Virus record (IMG/VR): IMGVR_UViG_2574179762_000001
Span: 32,001-96,000 of that record
Strand: one strand, 5' to 3'
Length of the DNA: 64,000 nucleotides
From: a virus
Lineage: Duplodnaviria > Caudoviricetes
The notes beneath the pieces were generated by a model that was not told where the DNA came from, made no database searches, and saw nothing but the letters and a program-made list of their open reading frames with translations. This document shows positions 9,874 through 19,027 of the stretch, piece by piece. Position numbers and translations under genes: made by a program. Every line of letters starts with the position of its first letter. Position 1 is the stretch's first letter.

Positions 9874-9874
9874 C

Positions 9875-10312
9875 TCAGAAAACCTCCCTCACCCATCCGC
9901 CGCCCTTCTTCATGGGCAGCTTCGTTGCCTTCACCATGCGGAAGTACGGCAACACCTCCGCGCACAACTTGATCTTCATTTGCCCGTGGGCCGTCACGAA
10001 TCCGCCCTTGGTTTCGTGGATCTCCAGTCGCGTGTCGGCTGGGAGCACCAGGAAGTCCACCTCGTAGAACGTGTTGTCAGCCAGGCGCACACGCATCGGG
10101 TGGAACTTCCAGTCGAGGACAAGCCCTTGGCGCTTCTCTTCGTCCAGCAGGATGGAATAGGCGCGCTCGGTCTTGTTCATCTGGTCCTTGGGCAGGCGGC
10201 CCAGCGCATGGAAGCGCGCCATCGGGTCGGCCTTCTTGGCCGGCGCCGGCTTGGGCTGGCGTGCCTGGAGCGCGGCCAGCTGCTCTGCGGTCCATCGGAG
10301 CATCTTGCTCAT
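9875..10312 (-). CDS. DUF1064-like PD-(D/E)xK endonuclease
   Basis: MNKTERAY...RLADNTFYEVDF...IHETKG. Confidence 0.75.
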   Translation of the reverse strand: MSKMLRWTAEQLAALQARQPKPAPAKKADPMARFHALGRLPKDQMNKTERAYSILLDEEKRQGLVLDWKFHPMRVRLADNTFYEVDFLVLPADTRLEIHETKGGFVTAHGQMKIKLCAEVLPYFRMVKATKLPMKKGGGWVREVF

Positions 10313-11070
10313 GCCGCGGCTCCCATGAACATGCTGGTCTGGATTGGATTGGCGCGGCGATCCCAGAACACCAGAGACTGGCGCGACTCGATCCGCTCGC
10401 GCATGACCTGAGCTCGCGATTCCTTGCTGGCCGGCGTGTAGGCGCCCTTCCACTTCGAGTCGATGCCCACGTTCTGGGCGATGTTCGTGCTGTCGGCGCT
10501 GGCAAAGGGAAAACGGCTAAAGACTTCCGGGTCCAGCATGCGCAGGCCGTGCAGCTTGCAGACCGGCCGGCCGTGCTTGTCGCACACCACATCCATCGCC
10601 TCGGACATGCGCGTCCACCATGCCGCCGTGCCGACCTGCGCGTAATCGCCAGAACTGCCAAGGCACACGCGCGGCCATGCCATCGCCAGTCGTTCCAGGC
10701 GCTCCAGGCTTTCGTGCAGGTGCCAGACCGGGGCGCCGACCCACGGGGCACGCTCGCGCCACGGCCACTCAGCCAGCAGGGCATCGTTCGCTTCCTCGTC
10801 GCCGTCGATCACGTCCGGGATCACGGCGAAGTCAAAAGAGGGGTACCGATGAAGCTCGGCCACCCATTCATAGAACGGGTTCCAGTCGGTAATCGGCTTG
10901 CCAGAGCGCCAGGCGGAGAAGGCGCCGTTGTCTACGGCGAAGGACTGCGCCACCTCGAGGACGATGCCGAGTTGGTCAGGGCGGTGGAACGACACGAAGG
11001 CGTGCCCGGCAAAGACCGCCTTGGCTGCGGCCGTCGTCGGGGTAATGGGAGTTCCGTGGTAATGGATCAC
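10309..11070 (-). CDS. TGT/DpdA-like TIM-barrel protein (putative base-exchange enzyme)
   Basis: DNGAFS, PDVIDGD, PVWH, LGSSG, KLHGL, SADST motifs resemble guanine transglycosylases. Confidence 0.65.
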   Translation of the reverse strand: MIHYHGTPITPTTAAAKAVFAGHAFVSFHRPDQLGIVLEVAQSFAVDNGAFSAWRSGKPITDWNPFYEWVAELHRYPSFDFAVIPDVIDGDEEANDALLAEWPWRERAPWVGAPVWHLHESLERLERLAMAWPRVCLGSSGDYAQVGTAAWWTRMSEAMDVVCDKHGRPVCKLHGLRMLDPEVFSRFPFASADSTNIAQNVGIDSKWKGAYTPASKESRAQVMRERIESRQSLVFWDRRANPIQTSMFMGAAA

Positions 11071-11456
11071 ACCGACACTCCCACGAGGAGGGCGACGTCG
11101 TCGTCGCTGGTCTTCGGGCCGATCTGTGCCACTACCGAGACGCCAGACTCCAGGATGCGGCGATGCACGGCACTGATGTAGGCCAGTCGCTTCTGGCTGT
11201 CAGCCTGGGCGCCCGGTTCGCCGCGGCGCGTTTCGATGTCGACGCCGCGATGGTGGGCACGCAACGTCTGCTGGCCGCCCAGCGCTTGGTGCAGCCCGTC
11301 GGCGATGGCTTCGTGGTAGGCGCTGCGGTGCTGCGCGCATGCCGCGATGATGTGCTCGGCGTGGATCATCGTGCTGCTGGCGATCTCCAGCGCGTAGACG
11401 ATCATCGCGCCGTTGGCTGGACACTTGCACACGAACTGGTGACGATAGATATTCAT
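11067..11456 (-). CDS. QueF-like small T-fold protein
   Basis: F-x-CKCP-x-NG...Y...EHI...YHEAIAD...HRGVDIETRR; coupled to the TGT-like gene. Confidence 0.6.
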   Translation of the reverse strand: MNIYRHQFVCKCPANGAMIVYALEIASSTMIHAEHIIAACAQHRSAYHEAIADGLHQALGGQQTLRAHHRGVDIETRRGEPGAQADSQKRLAYISAVHRRILESGVSVVAQIGPKTSDDDVALLVGVSV

Positions 11457-11692
11457 ACCCCTCTCCCCTTGATCCACTCGCGGCGCTGGGCCGCCTGTTC
11501 CTCCGATACAGCCGCGTGCTTACCGCAGGCCTGCACCTCGGCGCCGATCCAGCGCAGCGTCAGCGCTTCTTTCAGGCACCGGCCCATCCCAACCCGGGCA
11601 TGGGCCCGGTCGCTGGCCTCCAAGTGCGCCTCTCCGGCAGCGGTGCGAGGCTTCACAGTGAAGTGCCGGCACGTAATGCAGTGGTCGCTCAT
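11453..11692 (-). CDS. Cys-rich hypothetical protein
   Basis: CxxC...C...C pattern; ATGA overlaps on both sides. Confidence 0.65.
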   Translation of the reverse strand: MSDHCITCRHFTVKPRTAAGEAHLEASDRAHARVGMGRCLKEALTLRWIGAEVQACGKHAAVSEEQAAQRREWIKGRGV

Positions 11693-12773
11693 GCCGCCTC
11701 CTGCTCTGATGGATAGAAGAAGGCGAGGATCCGGGCATGCATGGCCTCGTCGCGCTCTGTCTCCCGCAGGAGCTGCTGGCGCCACGGGCCTTCCCCTGCG
11801 CGCTTGAATACACGAACCTTGAACGACATGAAAAGCTCGCCCTCCTCTACCTTCCAGGCGACGCTCAGTTCCGCGGCTTTCGCCTTGATCCCCTCGATGC
11901 TGTTCCACCACTCGGCGGCGGTCTGCGTCGGCGTAGCTGGGTCAGCCGGCTTGCCGGCCACAGCCGCCGCGGCTTTGGCGGCCTGCTCGCGCGCCGAGCG
12001 AATAATCCCCAGGATGTAGCCGGCGTTCGGCCTCTCGTTGGGCTTCTTCATGCCGAACACCTCGACCGCTTCTGCGATCTCCTGGTCAGACACGGCCAGG
12101 CGGACCATCTCGGTGACGTCGGCGTGATTGCTGGTCACCGCCATGCCGTAGGTCTTGCGGAGCAGGATGGCCAACTGCACGGGCCGCGGGTTTTCCTCGC
12201 CGGTCGTCTGGTTCAGCGGGTGTGATGTGGCGTGGGCTGCTGCCCCCGCGTTGCCGCTGAGGTTCACATCACCACTAACCTTTGAAGTAGTAGGTGATGG
12301 TGATGGTGAAGGGCATTGCTCAGGCACAGCTCCGGGCAGTCCATCGGGCAGTCCATCGGGCACTGCTTCGGGTTGTGCTTCGAGCATGCTTGGAGCATCG
12401 CTTGCGGCATGCCCGGGGGACTTCCTGCCCCACCTCTTTTCTGCTGCTAGTGTGGCTTTTGCTACGGCACTTTCTTTCCGCGTCTGGCTTGCCCGAAGCT
12501 CTTCATCGGCGCGCTTCTGGTGCAGCAATCCGTTCTCTTCCTTGAAGAATCGGATCACAGCAGGCTTCGCCCTCTTCCATGCGGCAGCCGTAAGGCGCGT
12601 GATCTGCGCGCCAGCGTCGCGTCGTCGTGGGGCGGCGGCCCATTGCGCCAGTAGTCCATGAGCAGCAGCAGGTATGCCCCATGCTGCTCAGTGGTCAGGC
12701 GCGTGGTGTCCGCCAGGTAGTCGCCGATGAACAGCGGCATCCAGACGTCCGCCTTGTCTTTGGCCTTGCTCAC
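11689..12773 (-). pseudogene. YdaU/DUF1376 replication initiator, frameshifted near 12606-12612
   Basis: N-terminal [13 protein letters not shown]...HGAYLLLLM; deleting one CG from ggcgcgcag restores [23 protein letters not shown]. Confidence 0.8.
12311..12414. repeat. 12-bp-period iterons (putative ori of prophage 1)
   Basis: cgggcagtccat x2, cgggcactgctt, cgggttgtgctt, cgagcatgctt inside the initiator gene. Confidence 0.6.
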
Positions 12774-13192
12774 TTCGATACCTCCAGGGGCGGCAGGTAC
12801 GCCGCCAGCAAGGTTTGCGTCTCACGGGTCAACTCGGCCTCATCAAAGCCATACACGGCAGCAAAGCGCTTCACGCCCAGACCGTGCACGCCGGTGTTGC
12901 CGCGGTGGTGCTCCGGGCAAAGCGGGATGGCGTCTCGGTGCTCGGCGCGCTGGCCCATGCCGGTACCCTTGCGCGGGTGATGGATCTCCGCCGGCGTGGC
13001 GCCCAGGCCCAGCCGACGGCAGCAGGCGCAGCCGAGCGCGGCGACGTGATCAAGGTAGATGCGCTCCGCCTTCTTCGCGCGCGTCTTCCCCTTCTTCTTG
13101 AAGGGGCTGGGAACCAAGCCTGCGGTCTGTCTCAGCCAAATAGTTGAATGCAGTGGCGTTCTTCGACGAAGTTGGGTGCGACGCTTTAGCAT
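12770..13192 (-). CDS. Ref/DUF968 HNH-like nuclease
   Basis: GCACC...AEIHH...AIPLCPEHH. Confidence 0.8.
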   Translation of the reverse strand: MLKRRTQLRRRTPLHSTIWLRQTAGLVPSPFKKKGKTRAKKAERIYLDHVAALGCACCRRLGLGATPAEIHHPRKGTGMGQRAEHRDAIPLCPEHHRGNTGVHGLGVKRFAAVYGFDEAELTRETQTLLAAYLPPLEVSK

Positions 13193-13311
13193 GACGCAAC
13201 CCAATCCGTCGTCGACAGATTTTGCGCGGGCTTTACCCCCACCGAAGTACGATTGAAAGTGGAAGCCTTGTATGCCAGCATCGCTAGCTCAACAATTTCG
13301 AGAGGACAACA

Positions 13312-13500
13312 ATGGCACGATTCCGCATTGAAACGGTCACCGATCCCGCAACCGGGCTTATCTATACCGAGATGTATTACCCCGAAAATGCAGCTACCCC
13401 TTCGGCACGCACGAAGCCCATCTATCCTTCGCATGAAGCTGCCGAAGCAGATGCAGTGAAGATGTTCCAGGACTGGGCGGAGGGTCTGGATAAGCAGTGA
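13312..13500 (+). CDS. 62-aa hypothetical protein, opposite to the surrounding operon
   Basis: GAGGA RBS, lower GC island. Confidence 0.7.
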   Translation: MARFRIETVTDPATGLIYTEMYYPENAATPSARTKPIYPSHEAAEADAVKMFQDWAEGLDKQ

Positions 13501-13547
13501 TCTAGAAGTCTGCGTACTACTAGTACCAGTATGTTGGAGGCCAGGAC

Positions 13548-13739
13548 TCATGCGGCCTCCAGCCGTTTTCGCTCGCGGGTCGACCAGCTTCCCATCTCAG
13601 GCACGTTCGCCTGAACCAGTGCGGCCGCCATAGGCGGGCTGACGCTATTGCCGCACATGCGCACCTGGGCATGCTTCGGCAGGCGCTTGCCGCCGATGAT
13701 CTCTGGTGCGATGTCGAGCAGGAGTTGGTCGCGGATCAT
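13548..13739 (-). pseudogene. Internally deleted DNA cytosine methyltransferase
   Basis: N-terminal MIRDQLLLDIAPEII fused to the C-terminal motif X region AQVRMCGNSVSPPMAAAL. Confidence 0.75.
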
Positions 13740-13752
13740 GCTGTCGCCCTCG

Positions 13753-14088
13753 TTACTGCGCTGCGGCCATAGCCGCCGCAGCACTCGAGGGTTCGTCAGC
13801 CAAGCTCAGCAGTTCCTGCCAGGCGCCCGTCGCTTCGCACTTCCGCTCGCCAGAAACCGTCAGGCGGCCAGCATCAAGCAGACCGCGCGCCACTCGGCAG
13901 ACGGATCCCATAGGGAGATTGGTTCGGTAGAAGAGATCCCATCGGGTCAGTTTGACGGCCGGCCCGGTGAAGTGGGACATCACCATGTCGTTCTGGACGA
14001 CTCGCTTTGCGTTCGTGATTGCATCGTGCGAGGCCGCTTGCGTTTCAGACATGCGGCGGTCCGAGGGGGTGCTGTAAATTTGTTCCAT
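13753..14088 (-). CDS. wHTH hypothetical protein
   Basis: TRWDL...LPMGSVCRVARGLLDAGRL; GGAG RBS. Confidence 0.7.
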   Translation of the reverse strand: MEQIYSTPSDRRMSETQAASHDAITNAKRVVQNDMVMSHFTGPAVKLTRWDLFYRTNLPMGSVCRVARGLLDAGRLTVSGERKCEATGAWQELLSLADEPSSAAAAMAAAQ

Positions 14089-14151
14089 GTTTCTCCCCGG
14101 CTTTCCGGTAAATGACTTGGGTACGCGGCGCCTTGTATCGGCGCGCTGTTA

Positions 14152-14544
14152 TCAGGCAGCCTTCATTGCCTCGATTTGGGATTCCAACTCGCGGATGCGG
14201 CGCTGCTCGTTTGTCTCGCGGCTGGTCACGAAACCGCAGACGCTGTCTTCGTACTGGCGGATGGCCCAGTTGCCGCAGAGAGCCTGGAACTTGATGCGGA
14301 AGTCGAACGGCAGGTACTTCTTCCCGCTCAGGATGTTGGAGAGGTGCGACTTGGGCATGCCCAGGATTGCTGCCGCATCCGAGATCGAATAGCGAACGCG
14401 GCGTTTCGCCCAGCAGAGGACTGTCGCGTCTGCCTCGTGGCGCAGGCGTGCGATCAGAAAGTCCGCAACCATCTCCGGCTCTCCGACGACTTCGAAAAAC
14501 GGCATCTCCCGTTGCATCTGTTCGCTCCCTAACAGTTGTTCCAC
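14152..14544 (-). CDS. CII-like regulator
   Basis: HTH (AAAILGMPKSHLSNILSG), CGN; directly downstream of cro. Confidence 0.7.
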   Translation of the reverse strand: MEQLLGSEQMQREMPFFEVVGEPEMVADFLIARLRHEADATVLCWAKRRVRYSISDAAAILGMPKSHLSNILSGKKYLPFDFRIKFQALCGNWAIRQYEDSVCGFVTSRETNEQRRIRELESQIEAMKAA

Positions 14545-14626
14545 TTGTTCCGCCTAGCGTTCCACGTACCAAGCGGCGTCAAATGAAGGCGTCACTTCGG
14601 ACGCCTCTATGAACCGCGAACTGCGC

Positions 14627-14875
14627 TTACTTCCCGTTGCTGCACCTTTTGCTCTTGCAGCAGTATTCGCGCACGAAGGCCCAATCGACTTTGTCGTTGA
14701 GTTCTTCACAGGCGACGGCACCTTCGGTGAGCCGCTCGATTACTGGGCACTGCTCGGCCGACACCGGCCGCTTGCCAGAGATCCACTGGTAGACGAGTCC
14801 TTGGGAGACCCCAAGTCGCTTTGCGAAGGCGGCCTGGCTGGTCTTCGTGGTTTCGAGATATTCGGCGAGCTTCAT
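14627..14875 (-). CDS. cro: Cro/YdaS-like repressor
   Basis: SQAAFAKRLGVSQGLVYQW...IERLTEGAV; divergent from cI. Confidence 0.9.
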   Translation of the reverse strand: MKLAEYLETTKTSQAAFAKRLGVSQGLVYQWISGKRPVSAEQCPVIERLTEGAVACEELNDKVDWAFVREYCCKSKRCSNGK

Positions 14876-14884
14876 GAACCAAAT

Positions 14885-14948
14885 ACTAGCATAGCTAGTT
14901 AAATCGTCAATAGCTATGCTTGTTGTGCAAACAAATAGCATTGCTACA
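14885..14948. promoter_or_regulatory. OR operators x3 (TAGC-N3-GCTA)
   Basis: 14885-14899, 14909-14923, 14934-14948 between cro and cI. Confidence 0.8.
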
Positions 14949-14957
14949 CTCGCGCGC

Positions 14958-15962
14958 ATGTCGCGACCAAGCAAAACTCTCGAAGCCTGGCAAGCCGAAG
15001 ACGCCGCGCGTCTGAAGGCGCTCTATGGCGAGCGCAAGGGCAAGATGAGCCAGGAGGAATTCGGCAGCCGGTTCGAAATCGGCAGCCAGGGCATGGTCTG
15101 GCAGTATCTGAACGCCCGCCGTCCTCTGAATATCAAGGCGGCCACCGGCTTTGCGCGTGGCCTAGGTGTCGAAGTCGATGCGTTCAGCCTGCGGCTGGCT
15201 GAGGAGATCCGCAGGGCCTCTAGTACCGTCACCGACACGGTTCCGACCGTCCCTTCTGGCGCCGAGGCTGGCGGGAAGCCATCGGATCGATTGCGCATCG
15301 TCATGGCGGAGCAGCATCTCGACATTCCCGGGGTGGCGCAGCTCTTGGGCGTTGAATCGGCCGTCGTGCGTTCATGGCTTGAGCAGGATGCGCCAAAACT
15401 GCATCTGCACCACGCAGTCAAGCTGCAAGAGGCCTATGGCTACAGCCCTGCGTGGCTGATCAATGGCAAAGGGGAAGCGCGGCTATCGAACCTCCAGGAG
15501 GCCGAGCTGGACGAGCCCAGCCTGCCCGAGGACACATTCCCAATTCCACAGAGTGTTTTCAAACGGATTCCGGTTAGGGGCATGGCGCAGTTGGGAGACA
15601 ACGGACACTTTGTCGATATTGAATATCCAGTCGGGCACGGGGATGGATACCTCTATTTCCCCACTGCCGACCCTGATGCGTACGGATTGCGCTGCAATGG
15701 TGAGTCCATGCGACCGCGGGTCAAGCACGGAGAGTTTGTAGTTGTCGAACCCAATCGCGCCGTAACCAATGGCGACGAGGTCCTGGTAAAGGCCCAAGAC
15801 GGCCGTGTCATGGTGAAGGAACTGGCCTACGTCCGCGACGGCGTCGTGCACCTGTCGTCCGTGAACGAGCGCCACGGCATGCTGCGGATTCCTCAGGAAC
15901 AGATCGTCCGCCTGCAGTACGTAGCCGGCATCGTGAAGTCCTCGGTCTGGCGGCCGGATTGA
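14958..15962 (+). CDS. cI: CI repressor with two HTH domains and an S24 autopeptidase
   Basis: HTH1 (SQEEFGSRFEIGSQGMVWQYL), HTH2 (VAQLLGVESAVVRSW...SPAWLINGKG), GESMRP and VMVKEL. Confidence 0.9.
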   Translation: MSRPSKTLEAWQAEDAARLKALYGERKGKMSQEEFGSRFEIGSQGMVWQYLNARRPLNIKAATGFARGLGVEVDAFSLRLAEEIRRASSTVTDTVPTVPSGAEAGGKPSDRLRIVMAEQHLDIPGVAQLLGVESAVVRSWLEQDAPKLHLHHAVKLQEAYGYSPAWLINGKGEARLSNLQEAELDEPSLPEDTFPIPQSVFKRIPVRGMAQLGDNGHFVDIEYPVGHGDGYLYFPTADPDAYGLRCNGESMRPRVKHGEFVVVEPNRAVTNGDEVLVKAQDGRVMVKELAYVRDGVVHLSSVNERHGMLRIPQEQIVRLQYVAGIVKSSVWRPD

Positions 15963-16037
15963 TCGCCGATACGTGTTGGCGAAGACGAAAGCTTATGCGC
16001 CACTCACCCACAGCTCACACAAAAACGCGACCTAAGA

Positions 16038-16658
16038 ATGGAAAGTCCAATAACTTCGTCTGAACCCGGTATTAGGAAGGCCCTTTCCCACCTCGACTCC
16101 ATGCTGGTCCCGAACGAGGTCGCGAAATGCTACGCCGTGCAGCGCCGACTCTTCGCACTTCTCCATCGCCGGGTCATGGTGGCGGCGACCTCGGGGAGGC
16201 TGATCGGCATCAGCCGGGGCTTGATCGGCGGATTCACGCCAGTGGACATCCGCTGGCAAGACGTCAAAACGGCAAACGTCAAAGCGGGAATCTTTGGCAG
16301 CGACATTACGATCACCGCCCTCACCCAGCCTGACTTAGCGAGCGGCGGGACCGTACGCACGTTCCAATTTACCGGGCTCAGGAAGGCCGACGCGCAGGCG
16401 GTATATCGTGCCTGCCAGGCGCAGGAACAAGCATGGCGCGAAAAGCGGCGGCTTCGCGAGTTGGAAGAGTTGCGAGCCAAGTCGGGCGGCTTCCAGGCAT
16501 CATCGCCGCGCGACGTGTCGTTCGGGAACGACGAATCCAACTCTGGCAAGGGAGATCTCACTTCGCGCCTCAAGCGCGCAAAAGAGATGCTCGATAGCGG
16601 TCTGATCAGCGATTCCGAGTACGAGACGATTAAAGCGAAAGTTATCTCGGAAATTTAG
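16038..16658 (+). CDS. Bacterial PH-domain + SHOCT protein
   Basis: AATSGRLI...DIRWQDV; C-terminal LKRAKEMLDSGLISDSEYETIKAK. Confidence 0.85.
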   Translation: MESPITSSEPGIRKALSHLDSMLVPNEVAKCYAVQRRLFALLHRRVMVAATSGRLIGISRGLIGGFTPVDIRWQDVKTANVKAGIFGSDITITALTQPDLASGGTVRTFQFTGLRKADAQAVYRACQAQEQAWREKRRLRELEELRAKSGGFQASSPRDVSFGNDESNSGKGDLTSRLKRAKEMLDSGLISDSEYETIKAKVISEI

Positions 16659-16753
16659 CCTTATGCGCGCACGTCGCCCTCAGTTGGGACCGCAGAAGGT
16701 TTGGATGCCGGCCGCCATGGGGCTGCGGGCACATCCCATGGGGAGAAGGACCA

Positions 16754-17050
16754 ATGAACGATTCAGCCAAAGAGATGATGCTGTATGACGCCCAAAAGAA
16801 GAGCGTCGGCGTCGCCTATGCACTGTGGTTCTTCTTGGGCATGTTTGGGGCCCACCGCTTCTATGCGGGGTCCAACGCGATTGGCTTCGGCCAAATGGCG
16901 CTCAGCATCCTTGGCTTCCTCGTCCCATGGGGCGTCGGCCTCTTCATTTTCGGTGCGGTCAGCATATGGGTGCTGATTGATGGGGTACTTCTTCCAGGTG
17001 TGATTCGAGACTACAACGTGCGACTGGCGAGTAGCCTGGGGAACGCTTGA
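16754..17050 (+). CDS. TM2-domain membrane protein
   Basis: KKSVGVAYALWFFLGMFGAHRFY. Confidence 0.9.
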   Translation: MNDSAKEMMLYDAQKKSVGVAYALWFFLGMFGAHRFYAGSNAIGFGQMALSILGFLVPWGVGLFIFGAVSIWVLIDGVLLPGVIRDYNVRLASSLGNA

Positions 17051-17183
17051 GCTTCCGCAGCTGTGAAGCCATCGGCCTGGCGGCCGGATTGATATATGGC
17101 AGCGCAGTCGTGGCTCGGATCGAGTCGATCATCTAGAAGTGGCTTACATACCAACAACATAGTCCCATCAAGGGAGAGCACGG

Positions 17184-18089
17184 GTGACCCACGTATTCGG
17201 CGGTGAATGGACGGAACAAAAGCTCGTGGCCTTGAAGAAGTATCTGGAGGCCTATCGGAAGATTTTCACGATCAATGAAAAAGCCCGGTACTTCCGAACC
17301 GTCTATATTGATGCGTTTGCCGGTACCGGCGAGCGCAGCGACAAAGCGCCGGCTTCCGAGAAGCCAACCCTCTTTGACAACACCGACATAGATGCACCAC
17401 AGGCCACCGGCCTGCACAAAGGAAGCGCTCGCATTGCACTCGAGCTTGAGTCACCGTTCGATCAATACGTCTTCATCGACAAGAATCCCAAGCATACTGC
17501 TGGCTTGACGGAAATGATCGAGCATGATTTTCCGAACCTTAGGTCACGGTGCCGCATTCTCACAGGCGATGGCGTGGAGATTGTCCGCGAGCAATTGATA
17601 TATGGACATGACTGGAAGAGAACTCGGGCTGTGTTGTTCATCGACCCCTACGGAATGAACATCCACTGGGATCTGATCCAGCGCATCGCTGCCACGCAAG
17701 CAATCGATATGTGGCTCCTTTTCCCGCTTGGCCAAGGTATGAATCGGCTACTTAGTCGCGATCATCTTCCGAATCCAGGTCATAGCGCGAAGCTCACTGC
17801 AGTGCTCGGCACTGACGAATGGAAGACGCGGTTCTACAGTAGCCAAACACAGACGGATCTCTTTGGCATCGAGTCGGAGAGCAGCTTGAAAACTGCCACA
17901 TTCGAAAATATGGTGGAGTTCCTAAAAGAACGCCTTTCGAGTGTGTTTGCTGGCGTTGCATCCGACGTCATGATGTTGGAGAACTCGAAGGGTAGCCCAC
18001 TGTATGCCCTTTGCTTTGCAGCCGCGAACAAGGCTGGTGCTAAGACCGCCATTAGAATCGCTTCCGATCTCCTCCGAACGCGTCTATAG
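17184..18089 (+). CDS. tcmP: Three-Cys-motif partner protein (SAM-dependent MTase fold)
   Basis: FGGEWTEQKL, YIDAFAGTG, LFIDPYG motifs. Confidence 0.88.
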   Translation: MTHVFGGEWTEQKLVALKKYLEAYRKIFTINEKARYFRTVYIDAFAGTGERSDKAPASEKPTLFDNTDIDAPQATGLHKGSARIALELESPFDQYVFIDKNPKHTAGLTEMIEHDFPNLRSRCRILTGDGVEIVREQLIYGHDWKRTRAVLFIDPYGMNIHWDLIQRIAATQAIDMWLLFPLGQGMNRLLSRDHLPNPGHSAKLTAVLGTDEWKTRFYSSQTQTDLFGIESESSLKTATFENMVEFLKERLSSVFAGVASDVMMLENSKGSPLYALCFAAANKAGAKTAIRIASDLLRTRL

Positions 18090-18091
18090 TA

Positions 18092-18107
18092 CTGTACGTT
18101 TAAACAG
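18092..18107. promoter_or_regulatory. LexA (SOS) box
   Basis: gtaCTGT-ACGTTTAA-ACAGtac; candidate -10 TATAGT at 18085-18090. Confidence 0.75.
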
Positions 18108-18118
18108 TACCTCATACC

Positions 18119-18859
18119 ATGGCCACTACCACCACGATCGAATGGACTGATATGACGTGGAACCCGGTCACGGGCTGCATCAAGATCAGTCAAGGCTGCA
18201 AGCACTGCTATGCCGAACGGATGGCAAAGCGCCTTCATGCAATGGGTAGCGCGCGATACGAGAATGGCTTCGCCCCTACACTGCATCACGATCTCATTGA
18301 TACTCCCCGCCGCTGGAAGAAGCCGCGTGTTGTCTTTGTCAATTCGATGAGCGACCTGTTTCAGGAAGACGTGCCTCTCGATTTCATCCAAGCCGTCTTC
18401 AAGACCATGGTCGAATGCCCACAGCATACCTTTCAGGTCCTGACTAAGCGTGCAGACCGACTGGCGCAGGTCGCTGATCAGCTGCCTTGGCCTGCGAACG
18501 TGTGGATGGGCGTAAGTGTCGAAGATGATCGGGTAGTGCATCGGATCAAGGACCTTGCGTCCACGCCTGCCCAAGTCAAATTCCTCTCTTGTGAACCACT
18601 GATCGGACCTCTTGAAAAGCTGCCTCTCGCTGGGATCGACTGGGTCATTGTCGGCGGAGAGTCAGGGAAAGGCGCTCGCCCAATGGAAGAAGCGTGGGTT
18701 CAATCGATCCGCCGCCAATGTCGAGCTGCTCGTGTCGCCTTCTTCTTCAAGCAGTGGGGAGGTGTCCGGAAAGACCGAACGGGTCGCGAGTTGAACGGCA
18801 GAACATATGACGAGATGCCAAGAAAGCGCGGATCGTCACTGACCCAGCTAGCCGCGTAG
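18119..18859 (+). CDS. DUF5131 / phage Gp37Gp68 radical-SAM-like protein
   Basis: [26 protein letters not shown] (Cx6Cx2C), [20 protein letters not shown]. Confidence 0.92.
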   Translation: MATTTTIEWTDMTWNPVTGCIKISQGCKHCYAERMAKRLHAMGSARYENGFAPTLHHDLIDTPRRWKKPRVVFVNSMSDLFQEDVPLDFIQAVFKTMVECPQHTFQVLTKRADRLAQVADQLPWPANVWMGVSVEDDRVVHRIKDLASTPAQVKFLSCEPLIGPLEKLPLAGIDWVIVGGESGKGARPMEEAWVQSIRRQCRAARVAFFFKQWGGVRKDRTGRELNGRTYDEMPRKRGSSLTQLAA

Positions 18860-18861
18860 TC

Positions 18862-18932
18862 AAAGCCCGCCACCCGGCGGGCTTTTTGTCGCCCGCACCA
18901 CACACCTGAGCCGCCCTTGTGGCGGCTTTTTT
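18862..18932 (+). terminator. Two tandem intrinsic terminators
   Basis: aaagcccgcc-accc-ggcgggcttttt and agccgcc-cttgt-ggcggctttttt. Confidence 0.8.
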
Positions 18933-18950
18933 ACGCACGTTGCTATCAAC

Positions 18951-19027
18951 ACTAGCGAAGCTATTAAAACAATAAATGCAAAACAACTAGCGTAGCTATT
19001 GAATTAACAGACTAGCGTTGCTAGTAT
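18951..19027 (+). promoter_or_regulatory. OL operators x3 with pL-like promoter
   Basis: ACTAGC-N3-GCTA at 18951, 18986, 19011; TTGAAT-17-TAGTAT. Confidence 0.8.
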
